Positions 26,077 through 35,266 are shown, numbered from the stretch's first letter. The stretch is DNA of 49,485 nt from Candidatus Magasanikbacteria bacterium RIFCSPHIGHO2_02_FULL_48_18 (GCA_001784285.1 MFQC01000004.1:1-49485), one strand, 5' to 3'. The notes: a model not told the origin generated them from the letters alone. Numbers and translations are program-made.

Positions 26077-27000
26077 ATGTCAAATTTTAAAAACCGTGAC
26101 ATTATTTCAATCAAAGAGTTAGATGAAACCGACATACTTCACGTGCTCAAACACGCTGAATCGCTGAAAAAAAATCCCAAACATGATCTCTTGGGTGGGC
26201 AGGTGATGGGCAGTTGTTTTTTTGAACCTTCGACGCGCACACGATTGTCATTTGAAACCGCCATGCAACGTCTCGGCGGCAGGGTCGTAGGATTTGCCGA
26301 CCCAAATATGACTTCAACATCCAAAGGAGAGACCGTCTATGATAGTATAAAAATCATTGGCCAATACGTGGATGTGATCGCCATGCGCCATCCGCTCGAA
26401 GGCGCGGCCCGACGCGCGGCTGAAGCCACGGACAAACCTATTTTGAATGGCGGCGACGGCGCCAATCAGCATCCTACTCAAACCTTGCTTGATCTGTTTA
26501 CGATTAAAGAATGTCAAAAAAAACTGAACAATCTCACCATTGCCATGGTCGGTGATCTGAAATATGGCCGCACGGTCCACTCTCTTGCGCAGGCCATGGT
26601 TCACTTCAGCCCCACCTTTTATTTTGTCGCCCCTGATTTCCTTCAAATGCCTCCCTCTATTTTAGATGAACTCCGAGACGCTGGCATAAAATTTTTTCTT
26701 AAAAACACTCTTCAAGAAGTGATCAGCAAAGTTGACGTCCTTTATATGACTCGCATTCAAAAAGAGCGTTTTTCAGACATTTCCGAATACGAAAAAGCAA
26801 AAAATCTCTATATCCTTGATACGCCGCTTTTAAAAAAAGTAAAGCCGAACATGCGTATTCTTCACCCTCTGCCCCGCGTCAATGAAATCGCTCCATGCGT
26901 TGATGACACTCCTTATGCGTATTATTTTCAGCAGGCCAAAAATGGGCTCTATGTGCGCCAAGCGCTCCTCGGCCTGGTGTTAGGAAAATTAGCCAGTTAA
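26077..27000 (+). CDS. pyrB: Aspartate carbamoyltransferase catalytic subunit
   Basis: FFEPSTRTRLSF, HPTQTLLD, GDLKYGRTVHSL, TRIQKER, HPLPR. Confidence 0.96.
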   Translation: MSNFKNRDIISIKELDETDILHVLKHAESLKKNPKHDLLGGQVMGSCFFEPSTRTRLSFETAMQRLGGRVVGFADPNMTSTSKGETVYDSIKIIGQYVDVIAMRHPLEGAARRAAEATDKPILNGGDGANQHPTQTLLDLFTIKECQKKLNNLTIAMVGDLKYGRTVHSLAQAMVHFSPTFYFVAPDFLQMPPSILDELRDAGIKFFLKNTLQEVISKVDVLYMTRIQKERFSDISEYEKAKNLYILDTPLLKKVKPNMRILHPLPRVNEIAPCVDDTPYAYYFQQAKNGLYVRQALLGLVLGKLAS

Positions 27001-27011
27001 CTCTTGTTTCT

Positions 27012-27461
27012 ATGCGTGCGTACAAAGTATTCGCAATCAAAGACGGTACGGTCATTGACCATATTCCAAGCGGGAAAGCATTTGCGTTAATCGAACTTCT
27101 TGGATTGCATAAGAGTGACAGCATTGTCACCATGGGTACTCATTTCAGGAGCAAAAAAATAGGAAAAAAAGACATCGTCAAAATCGAACATAAGGAACTC
27201 AGTCCAGAAGAAGTCAATCAAGTATCGTTGATTGCACCTTCGGCTTCCATCAACATCATTCGAAATTTTAAAGTAGCAAAAAAATTTATTATTACCATTC
27301 CTCCCGTGTTTAAAGATATCATCACCTGCCCCAATCCCAAATGTATTACCAATAGCGAATCTGCGCCATCCAAATTTTATTCCAAAATGAAAAATGGGCA
27401 TCTCGCTCTCCGGTGTCACTATTGTGAAAAAATATATATGCAAGAAGAACTCCACCGTTAG
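27012..27461 (+). CDS. pyrI: Aspartate carbamoyltransferase regulatory subunit
   Basis: AIKDGTVIDHI, KDIVKIE, CPNPKCI...CHYCE Zn site. Confidence 0.95.
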   Translation: MRAYKVFAIKDGTVIDHIPSGKAFALIELLGLHKSDSIVTMGTHFRSKKIGKKDIVKIEHKELSPEEVNQVSLIAPSASINIIRNFKVAKKFIITIPPVFKDIITCPNPKCITNSESAPSKFYSKMKNGHLALRCHYCEKIYMQEELHR

Positions 27462-27466
27462 CCACT

Positions 27467-28582
27467 ATGCCTCGTTTTGTCACGATTCCAGCGCTCATTG
27501 ATCCACATGTCCATTTTCGCACGCCTGGTTTTGAACACAAAGAAGACTGGGGAACTGCGGGCCACGCGGCACTTATGGGCGGCGTCACGATGGTGTTTGA
27601 CATGCCGAATACCACCCCCGCGACAACAACTCTAGAACTGGTGCAACAAAAAAAATCCATTATTAACCAAACGCTTGAGAAATATAAACGCACTCTGCGC
27701 TACCATGTCTACTTAGGAGCGAGTACGGATAATATCCAAGAAATCAGCCGCGCCAAAAAAGAGATTGTTGGAGTGAAATTATTCATGGGGGCAAGCACGG
27801 GTAGCCTGCTCGTAGACGATGAGAATAATCAGGCAGAAATTTTTCAGGAATGCGCACGCCTCAAAATCCCCTTGGCCGTTCACGCCGAAGACGAAGCCAC
27901 ACTGCAAAAAGCCAAAACCGCGTTTACGGGCGCTCCAACGATCTTTAATCATGGAACACTTCGGCCGCGCGATGCCGCGATCGTTGCAACCGAACGAGCA
28001 ATCCGAATGGCGGAAAAATACGGAACCACGCTCTACGTACTGCACGTGAGCACAAAAGAAGAAATAGAATTGGTTCGCTCGGCCAAAAAACAAGGCATTG
28101 CCGTGTATGCCGAAGTGACGCCTCACCATTTGTTTTTAACTGAAGATGATCTCCATAACCTAGGCAATCTTGGAAAGATGAACCCGCCACTCCGAACAGG
28201 GGCCGACCAAACGGCTCTCTGGGCAGGAATCCATGACGGCACTGTAGACACCATCGGCACCGACCACGCGCCACACACGCTCGAAGAAAAAGCCCTGCCC
28301 TATACCGAAGCGCCCTCAGGTGTGCCAGGCATTGAAACGTATTTGGCACTACTCCTTGACGCGCATAATAAACGGCAGATTTCTTTAGAGCAAATTACCC
28401 GTCTCTGCCGAACGAACATCCAAAAGATATTCAAGATTCTCGATAACAATGATACGGTAACCATAGATGTCGATGCAGTAAAAACCATACGAAACGAAGA
28501 CATGACGACCAAATGCACATGGTCTCCCTTTGCCGGCACAACACTCAAGGGCTGGCCTATTATTACTCAGATTAAAAATTAA
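27467..28582 (+). CDS. pyrC: Dihydroorotase
   Basis: DPHVHFR, DMPNT, VHAE, EVTPHHL, KMNPPLR, TDHAPH. Confidence 0.9.
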   Translation: MPRFVTIPALIDPHVHFRTPGFEHKEDWGTAGHAALMGGVTMVFDMPNTTPATTTLELVQQKKSIINQTLEKYKRTLRYHVYLGASTDNIQEISRAKKEIVGVKLFMGASTGSLLVDDENNQAEIFQECARLKIPLAVHAEDEATLQKAKTAFTGAPTIFNHGTLRPRDAAIVATERAIRMAEKYGTTLYVLHVSTKEEIELVRSAKKQGIAVYAEVTPHHLFLTEDDLHNLGNLGKMNPPLRTGADQTALWAGIHDGTVDTIGTDHAPHTLEEKALPYTEAPSGVPGIETYLALLLDAHNKRQISLEQITRLCRTNIQKIFKILDNNDTVTIDVDAVKTIRNEDMTTKCTWSPFAGTTLKGWPIITQIKN

Positions 28583-28590
28583 AAAGTTTT

Positions 28591-29550
28591 ATGCGCCACA
28601 TAATCTCTCTCAAAGAACAAAGCCGGGAAGATATTCTCGATATGATTCGTTTGGCACAAGATATCAAAGCCAAACGACAGACAGGAGAACTGACCAATTA
28701 CCTCCCGAACAAAACACTCATCATGCTGTTTCAAAAAACATCCACACGCACCCGTCTTTCCTTTGAAGCGGCGATGACGGAGCTCGGCGGACATGCAATT
28801 TTTCTTGATGCGCGCACAACCCAGTTCGCGCTCACCGATTTTCGAGATGAAATCCAGGCCGTGATGCGGTTTGGCCATGTCCTCATGTTTCGCGCGCAAA
28901 AAGCAGAAGACGTCATTGCCTCCGCTTCATTCAGCCGCATTCCCGTCATTGACGCGTGCAGTGAAAAATATCATCCGGCCCAGGCCTTGAGCGATCTCTT
29001 GACCATGGCCGAACATGCTGGCGGCATTGAAAAAGTCAAAAAAATCGCGTGGCTTGGAATTGAAAACAATGTGTCAAACACGCTCATGCTTGCCGCGGTG
29101 AAACTCGGCATTACAGTTGCAATCGCCGCTCCGGAAAAAGATCCGGGCAGTATTGACGAAGAACTCTTGGCGCAGGCCGACGCCACAGGGCTTGTGACGC
29201 GAACCCGTGATGTGGCCGAAGCTGTGCGCGATGCCGATTTTGTTCATACCGATACATGGATGAACATGGAATTCTTCGACAATGGAAACGTAAAACCGGC
29301 GTTTCAAGAAGAGTATGAACGAAGAAAAACTCTTTTTCTTCCCTACCAGCTCAACGCGAATATCATCAACACCTACGCGCCCCAAGCAAAAATTATGCAC
29401 TGCATGCCGTGTCATATTGGTTATGAAATCAGCCGAGACGCGGTTGACCATCCCAACAGCATTATTTTTGACCAAGCGGAAAACCGAATGCACATGCAAA
29501 AAGCGATACTGCTCTGGCTCTTGGGAAAAGAACATGCCATGAGTGCCTAA
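28591..29550 (+). CDS. argF: Ornithine carbamoyltransferase-like transcarbamylase
   Basis: FQKTSTRTRLSFE, HPAQ, HCMP, FDQAENRMH; SMG loop is altered. Confidence 0.75.
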   Translation: MRHIISLKEQSREDILDMIRLAQDIKAKRQTGELTNYLPNKTLIMLFQKTSTRTRLSFEAAMTELGGHAIFLDARTTQFALTDFRDEIQAVMRFGHVLMFRAQKAEDVIASASFSRIPVIDACSEKYHPAQALSDLLTMAEHAGGIEKVKKIAWLGIENNVSNTLMLAAVKLGITVAIAAPEKDPGSIDEELLAQADATGLVTRTRDVAEAVRDADFVHTDTWMNMEFFDNGNVKPAFQEEYERRKTLFLPYQLNANIINTYAPQAKIMHCMPCHIGYEISRDAVDHPNSIIFDQAENRMHMQKAILLWLLGKEHAMSA

Positions 29551-29552
29551 AT

Positions 29553-30491
29553 ATGCTCGACGTCACATTGTGTGGAGTACAATTTCAAAATCCGCTTGTT
29601 CTTGCGTCCGGTATTTTGGGGCTAACCGGCGCCGGCATGTATCGCGTCATTGAAAGCGGCGCGGGCGCCGTTACCATGAAATCCGTCTCCGAACAAGAAA
29701 GGCCGGGCCATCCAAACCCAACCATGGTTGGAAACCAAACCTATTTTCTCAATGCGGTTGGTCTTTCCAATCCAGGAATTGAAGAAGCGAAAAAAGAAAT
29801 AGAGCATTTTAAACAGCTCTCTCACGCGCCGCTCATTGGCAGTATTTTTGCCGGCACGCGTGATGGATTTGTGCGTCTGGCAGAACACATTGACGAAATG
29901 CCAATTGATCTGTTGGAAGTGAACCTGTCATGTCCAAACGTAGGACAAGAATTTGCCGAACCATTTGCATATTCAAAAGAAGCCGTCAAACAAATTACAA
30001 AAGACATAAAAGAAAAAACCAAAAAACCTATATCAATAAAATTGTCGCCCAATGTTTGGAATATCGCGGAATTGGCAAAAGCGGCAGAAGCGGCCGGCGC
30101 CGACGCCATCACAGCGGTCAATACGGTGAGCGGCATGGCGATTGACGTCCGCGCGCGCCGCCCCATTCTCCACAATACGCACGGCGGCGTCTCCGGACCG
30201 GCCCTTTTCCCCATTGCCTTGAAATGCGTCTATGATATGTACGAAGCGGTAAAAATTCCAATTATTGGCACCGGCGGCGTTACAACCGGAGAAGACGCGC
30301 TTGCCATGATTATGGCCGGGGCAACCTTGGTCGGCGTGGGGTCGGCTGTATATTATCGAGGAGAGGATTGTTTCCAAAAAATAACCAATGAAATAAAAGA
30401 CACCATGAATAGCGAAGGAATAAAAAATCTCGATGAAATTCGCGGTATTGCCCATGAAACAATGAACAATAAACAAATAACAATTCGCTAG
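29553..30491 (+). CDS. pyrD: Dihydroorotate dehydrogenase class 1B catalytic subunit
   Basis: LASG, NAVGLSNPG, NLSCPN, KLSPN, NT, GGVSGP. Confidence 0.93.
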   Translation: MLDVTLCGVQFQNPLVLASGILGLTGAGMYRVIESGAGAVTMKSVSEQERPGHPNPTMVGNQTYFLNAVGLSNPGIEEAKKEIEHFKQLSHAPLIGSIFAGTRDGFVRLAEHIDEMPIDLLEVNLSCPNVGQEFAEPFAYSKEAVKQITKDIKEKTKKPISIKLSPNVWNIAELAKAAEAAGADAITAVNTVSGMAIDVRARRPILHNTHGGVSGPALFPIALKCVYDMYEAVKIPIIGTGGVTTGEDALAMIMAGATLVGVGSAVYYRGEDCFQKITNEIKDTMNSEGIKNLDEIRGIAHETMNNKQITIR

Positions 30492-30534
30492 GAAATTTTT
30501 TGTTAATTGTTAATTGTTCGTTGTTAATTGATCT
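30458..30534. repeat. Inverted heptamer arrays at the pyrD/pyrK junction
   Basis: AACAATG AACAATA AACAAAT AACAATT (30458-85) face TTGTTAA TTGTTAA TTGTTCG TTGTTAA TTGATCT (30500-34). Confidence 0.8.
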
Positions 30535-31347
30535 ATGCGCCACGACTCACCGCTAATGCTTCCCATTGCCAAGGTGACACAGGAAAATTCCTCCGTCAAA
30601 ACATTTTGGTTTGATTTTGCTCTGCAGAGTCATCCTGGCCAATTTGTGATGCTCTGGATTCCAGGAGTTGACCAAAAACCATTTTCCATTGCCTACGACG
30701 ACGGAAGGCGATTTGGCCTGAGCATTTTTGCCGTTGGACCTCATTCCAAAAAACTTTTTGATCATGCTGTGGGCGAACGCGTGGGCGTTACCGGGCCATA
30801 TGGAAATCCATTTTCCGTCCAAAAAAATCGCCACTATATCACCGTGGCCGGCGGATATGGCGCGGGGCCTCTTGGCTTTCTTGCCGAACGCCTTGAAGAG
30901 ACCTGCTCAACTGTGGATTTTTGCATCGGGGCGCGCACGAGCGATCTTTTACTCTTTGAAAAACTGGCAAAAAAACTCTCACATGTTACGGTCCATGTGG
31001 CTACTGATGACGGTAGCCGAGGGCATCACGGATATGTCACGGACATCGTGCGAGAACTGCTTGAAAAAAAGAACAAACAAAAAAAAGATACTATTCTCTC
31101 TGCCTGCGGGCCAGAACTCATGGAAAAAGCCGTGCTCAATCTTGCAAATGAATTCAATGTGGACTGTGACATCAGTATTGAACGGTATATGAAGTGCGGC
31201 GTCGGCATCTGCGGCCAATGCTGTGTCGACGATTCCGGCATCCGCCTTTGCACAGAGGGGCCGGTGGTCAATCGGAAAACCGCAAATACCATTGTTGAAT
31301 TTGGAAAATACCACCGCGATAAAACCGGAAAAAAAATTGACTATTAA
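30535..31347 (+). CDS. pyrK: Dihydroorotate dehydrogenase electron transfer subunit
   Basis: PGQFVM, KPFSI, GPYGN, AGGYG, CGPE.M, MKCGVGICGQC...C.EGPV [2Fe-2S] motif. Confidence 0.92.
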   Translation: MRHDSPLMLPIAKVTQENSSVKTFWFDFALQSHPGQFVMLWIPGVDQKPFSIAYDDGRRFGLSIFAVGPHSKKLFDHAVGERVGVTGPYGNPFSVQKNRHYITVAGGYGAGPLGFLAERLEETCSTVDFCIGARTSDLLLFEKLAKKLSHVTVHVATDDGSRGHHGYVTDIVRELLEKKNKQKKDTILSACGPELMEKAVLNLANEFNVDCDISIERYMKCGVGICGQCCVDDSGIRLCTEGPVVNRKTANTIVEFGKYHRDKTGKKIDY

Positions 31348-31356
31348 ATATACCCT

Positions 31357-32004
31357 ATGTCCCAGGAAGTTATATCCCTTTTGCAAACCGTCGATGCCAT
31401 TTTTCTCAACGACCATTTTGTCGGCACATCTGGCCGTCATCTTGAAGGATATATCAACAAAGATGCCCTTTTCCCTCACACAAAAGCCACGTCTCGAATT
31501 GGCGAAATTTTTGCTGAGACGTTCAAAGCGTACGATATTGATACCGTGGCCGCGCCAGCCATGGGCGGGATTATTTTATCCCAATGGACCGCATATCATT
31601 TATCCAAAATAAAAGGCAAAGAGATTTATGGCGTTTATGCGGAAAAAAAAGATGATACGCTTCTGTTTACCCGAGGGTATGATGCGTTTATCAAAGACAA
31701 AAATGTTCTCGTCATTGAAGACCTCACCACCACCGGCGGATCGCTGAAAAAAGTGGTTGACGCGGTACGGACAGCCGGAGGAAATGTTGCGGCAGTCAGT
31801 GTTATGGTCAATCGAGACCCGGAATTGGTAACAGAATCACTTTTTGGCGCGCCGTTCATTCCTCTGGCCGAACTTCGCATCCGCTCATTTGAGGAACAAG
31901 AATGTCCATTGTGCAAAAATAATGTTCCGATTAACACGATGGTCGGGCATGGGAAACAATATTTAGAGGAGAAAGAGAAAAAATATCTAATATCTAATTC
32001 CTAA
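31357..32004 (+). CDS. pyrE: Orotate phosphoribosyltransferase
   Basis: HFVGTSGRH, PRPP motif VIEDLTTTGGS, C-terminal CPLC. Confidence 0.88.
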   Translation: MSQEVISLLQTVDAIFLNDHFVGTSGRHLEGYINKDALFPHTKATSRIGEIFAETFKAYDIDTVAAPAMGGIILSQWTAYHLSKIKGKEIYGVYAEKKDDTLLFTRGYDAFIKDKNVLVIEDLTTTGGSLKKVVDAVRTAGGNVAAVSVMVNRDPELVTESLFGAPFIPLAELRIRSFEEQECPLCKNNVPINTMVGHGKQYLEEKEKKYLISNS

Positions 32005-32056
32005 TTTCTAAATTTTTTGACATTTGAATTTTGGACTTTGTTTAGATATTAGAAAT
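31983..32056. repeat. Inverted heptamer arrays at the pyrE/pyrF junction
   Basis: ATATCTA ATATCTA ATTCCTA ATTTCTA (31983-32010) face TTGACAT TTGAATT TTGGACT ... TAGATAT TAGAAAT (to 32056). Confidence 0.75.
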
Positions 32057-32064
32057 TTCAACCT

Positions 32065-32838
32065 ATGCTTCCTTACACCGATCGCATCTCCTACACCACC
32101 AACCCCACCACCCAAAGGCTGTTTGCTCTCATGGATGAAAAGCAGACTAACCTGTGCGTGGCGGCAGATGTTACCACTCGCGCTGAGTTACTCCTTCTCG
32201 CTGACATTCTTGGGCCGGAAATATGCGTACTAAAAACCCACATCGATATTATCGAAGATTTTGATGATGATTTGATCATTCAATTGCAACGGCTATCCGA
32301 AGAACACAACTTTCTTATTTTTGAAGACCGCAAATTTGCGGACATTGGCAATACGGTTAAATACCAGTACCAAAATGGCATCTACCACATTGCCGACTGG
32401 GCGCATATCACCAATGCGCATACGGTCCCGGGTCCGGGTATTATTGAAGGATTGAAAAAAATTGGCCTGCCAAAAGGACGCGGACTGCTTCTCCTTGCCG
32501 AAATGAGTTCAAAAGGAACGCTGGCAAAAGATTCCTACACGCAAGAAACATTGGAAATGGCAAAACAACACCGTGATTTTGTTATCGGATTTATTACCAC
32601 AAAAAAATTATTGGATGACCCCATGTTTATCAACTTCACACCAGGAGTCCAGCTCACTGAGGGAGAAGACACCCTCGGACAGCAATACCTCACGCCAAAA
32701 AAAGTGATCGGCGAATATCATTCCGATATTATTATTGTCGGACGAGGCATTTACGGATCCTCAAACCCTCTCGAGGAAGCAAAAAAGTATCGCGAGAGAG
32801 GCTGGAGCGCGTATCAAAAAACGATTGCCTCCGCGTAA
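32065..32838 (+). CDS. pyrF: Orotidine-5'-phosphate decarboxylase
   Basis: [41 protein letters not shown]. Confidence 0.95.
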   Translation: MLPYTDRISYTTNPTTQRLFALMDEKQTNLCVAADVTTRAELLLLADILGPEICVLKTHIDIIEDFDDDLIIQLQRLSEEHNFLIFEDRKFADIGNTVKYQYQNGIYHIADWAHITNAHTVPGPGIIEGLKKIGLPKGRGLLLLAEMSSKGTLAKDSYTQETLEMAKQHRDFVIGFITTKKLLDDPMFINFTPGVQLTEGEDTLGQQYLTPKKVIGEYHSDIIIVGRGIYGSSNPLEEAKKYRERGWSAYQKTIASA

Positions 32839-32956
32839 CTTCTTCAATAAATATCAGACCAGTTGGCAAATTAAGACCAATATGGTATGCTACATTCAGC
32901 ATATTTTAGCAAAATTTTTTCTTTTTCATCACAAAAAGACAGAAAAATCGTTTTGT

Positions 32957-33535
32957 ATGATAGAACATCAGGCACAAGAAAACATGGACCACATGAGAGA
33001 ACGCATTGAAAAAGCGAAACAGGGCGATTCGGAGGCTTTTGCGTATCTCTACAATACCTACCTCACCCCCTTATATCGATTTATTTATTTTCGGGTCAAA
33101 AACACGCAGGACGCGGAAGATTTGACCCAAACGGTTTTCATCAAAGCATGGGAGGCTATTGGATCATACGAAGATAAAGGATATTCCTTTTCTTCCTGGC
33201 TCTACACCATTGCGAGAAACACCGTTACCGACTATTGGAAAAAGAAAAAACCGATCCTTGTCGCTGACCCCAAAGAAACGTTTGGGCATATTGCCGACAC
33301 AAAAGAAAACTCACATGAAAAGATGGCCAATCGCGAACTTCAAGAAGAAATCATTCACCATATCCAAACGTTAAGCGAGGAACAGCAAACCATTCTCATC
33401 CTCAAATTTATGAGCGAGCGCACCAATGAAGAAATTGAGGAAATAACCGGAAAACGCCAGGACGCGATCCGCGCCCTGCAATATCGCGCGCTCAAAACGC
33501 TCAAAAAACGTATGAAAGGCTTACCAACTGTATGA
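32957..33535 (+). CDS. ECF RNA polymerase sigma factor (true start may be 32984)
   Basis: GD.EAF..LY, DAEDLTQTVF.KAW, F.SWLYTIARN, region 4 L.EEQ...L. Confidence 0.9.
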   Translation: MIEHQAQENMDHMRERIEKAKQGDSEAFAYLYNTYLTPLYRFIYFRVKNTQDAEDLTQTVFIKAWEAIGSYEDKGYSFSSWLYTIARNTVTDYWKKKKPILVADPKETFGHIADTKENSHEKMANRELQEEIIHHIQTLSEEQQTILILKFMSERTNEEIEEITGKRQDAIRALQYRALKTLKKRMKGLPTV

Positions 33536-34296
33536 CACAACACGCTCACACCACAAATCCAGAAACACCGGAAAAAATGAACGACGTTCTTTTGGCGTTG
33601 CGCCAAGAAGGATATACGGAAGAAGAAATGCAATCGCTGTTTCGGATTGCGGAGACATTGAAAAAAAATGCGGCAGAGATTGTCCCGAGGAAAGACCTTC
33701 TCACCGCCATTCTTCACCACATTGATACCGCGCAACCCGTCACAAAGTCGGATCAGTCTCGTTTTCTATTTATAGAAAAAGGTCGATCCTTTGTACAATC
33801 CATCTTTACATTTAATCATACCGAGCGTATGCATACGTATTTCAAAGTACTCGTCCCCATTGGCGCCGCGGCGTTCATTGTGGTCGTTGGAGCATTTCTC
33901 TTGTCTTCGCCAAAAAGCCCCTTGCAAAACAATATCCCATTCATGGCGCAAAACGAAACCATATCCAAAGAAGAAGCGCTGTCTTCCAAAAGTATTGATG
34001 CCGATCTTGACGCCCTTCTCGCTTTCGACACAAACACCGAAGAAGACGTATCTCTGGAATTGGCGCTTGCAGAAATCGATATCGCGCTCGATCTCTTGCT
34101 CCAAAATAATGCGGAAACCGCCCTTGGCGAGAACACAGCAACGACCGGCAAGCCTGCCAACACCCAAAAAAATCTTGATGCGAACGCGATTGACGCCGAA
34201 TATCAAGATATTGAAAACGCGAATGATTTTGATTCATTTATGGAAGAGTCCAATAATCTCGAAGAAGTAGACCAAACACTCAATGCCATGTCCTAA
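33532..34296 (+). CDS. Putative single-TM anti-sigma factor
   Basis: ATGA overlap with the ECF gene; TM segment VLVPIGAAAFIVVVGAFLL after about 100 cytoplasmic residues; acidic C-terminus. Confidence 0.6.
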   Translation: MTQHAHTTNPETPEKMNDVLLALRQEGYTEEEMQSLFRIAETLKKNAAEIVPRKDLLTAILHHIDTAQPVTKSDQSRFLFIEKGRSFVQSIFTFNHTERMHTYFKVLVPIGAAAFIVVVGAFLLSSPKSPLQNNIPFMAQNETISKEEALSSKSIDADLDALLAFDTNTEEDVSLELALAEIDIALDLLLQNNAETALGENTATTGKPANTQKNLDANAIDAEYQDIENANDFDSFMEESNNLEEVDQTLNAMS

Positions 34297-34329
34297 TTAA
34301 CAGTATCTCTTAAAATCTTATAAAGTCCT

Positions 34330-35247
34330 ATGAAAAAAACAACCCTTTCTCTTATCTCTCTTGCCATGCTGGGCTCCCTCATTGCTCCTTTTGCGACAAG
34401 CGCGGCCACAGAGCCGGAAATATCGGATGCCCGACGCGCATACAACGCAGAGTTGAAAGCCCGCGCCGACAAACTCAAAGACATGCGTCATGAATTTCTA
34501 CTGCAACAGCAGGAGCGCTATAAACAAATGCAGCTTGATCGCCGCGAGGATGCGGCGGAAAAACAAGAACGACAGGAAAATATGATACAAGAACGCCGTG
34601 AAACGGCAGTGGAAAAACAGGCGAGAGAAGAAAAATACGTGACAACTCAAAAAACGCTCCTTCTCCAAACCGTTGACACGCTGGTGTCGTATCTTGAACA
34701 AATGACCGCGCGCGCAAACGAATTGGACAATGGCGAAATCAAAACCAGAATACTGAATAAAATTCAATCTCATACCAGCACTCTCGCCGCCATTCGTTTG
34801 AGAATTGCAAACGCGAGTTCCTTGGAAGACATTCGAGCAATCGCATTGGAATTAAAAAATTTCCGCGCAGAAATGCAACGGGTAAGCGTGGAAGAGACCG
34901 CGTCTCTCCGGCAATTGACCGTTCTTGGGTACATTGACCGATTCGAACAAAAATTCATTGGAAAGGCCGATGTGCGAGCCGACCTCATCGCCGATGCCCT
35001 TGCCGATTTGAAACAAAACGGAAAAAATGTTGACGTCGCCCAAGAACTGTTGGCGGCCGGACAGGAACGCCTCAGCGTGGCGCGAGCCAAAGTCGCCGAT
35101 CTCCGAAATCGGGTGAACGGAATGGATAATCTCGAGGGTGCAAACATTGTCTCCATCCGCGCATCGCTCAGCGACATCCACAATGAATTAAAAAATGTCT
35201 ATGACATTTTCCGGCAGATTGCCGAACATGTGAATGCGCTTGAGTAA
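34330..35247 (+). CDS. Secreted coiled-coil protein
   Basis: Signal peptide MKKTTLSLISLAMLGSLIAPFATSA followed by a charged helical body. Confidence 0.75.
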   Translation: MKKTTLSLISLAMLGSLIAPFATSAATEPEISDARRAYNAELKARADKLKDMRHEFLLQQQERYKQMQLDRREDAAEKQERQENMIQERRETAVEKQAREEKYVTTQKTLLLQTVDTLVSYLEQMTARANELDNGEIKTRILNKIQSHTSTLAAIRLRIANASSLEDIRAIALELKNFRAEMQRVSVEETASLRQLTVLGYIDRFEQKFIGKADVRADLIADALADLKQNGKNVDVAQELLAAGQERLSVARAKVADLRNRVNGMDNLEGANIVSIRASLSDIHNELKNVYDIFRQIAEHVNALE

Positions 35248-35266
35248 AACAAAAACAGTCATTCTC

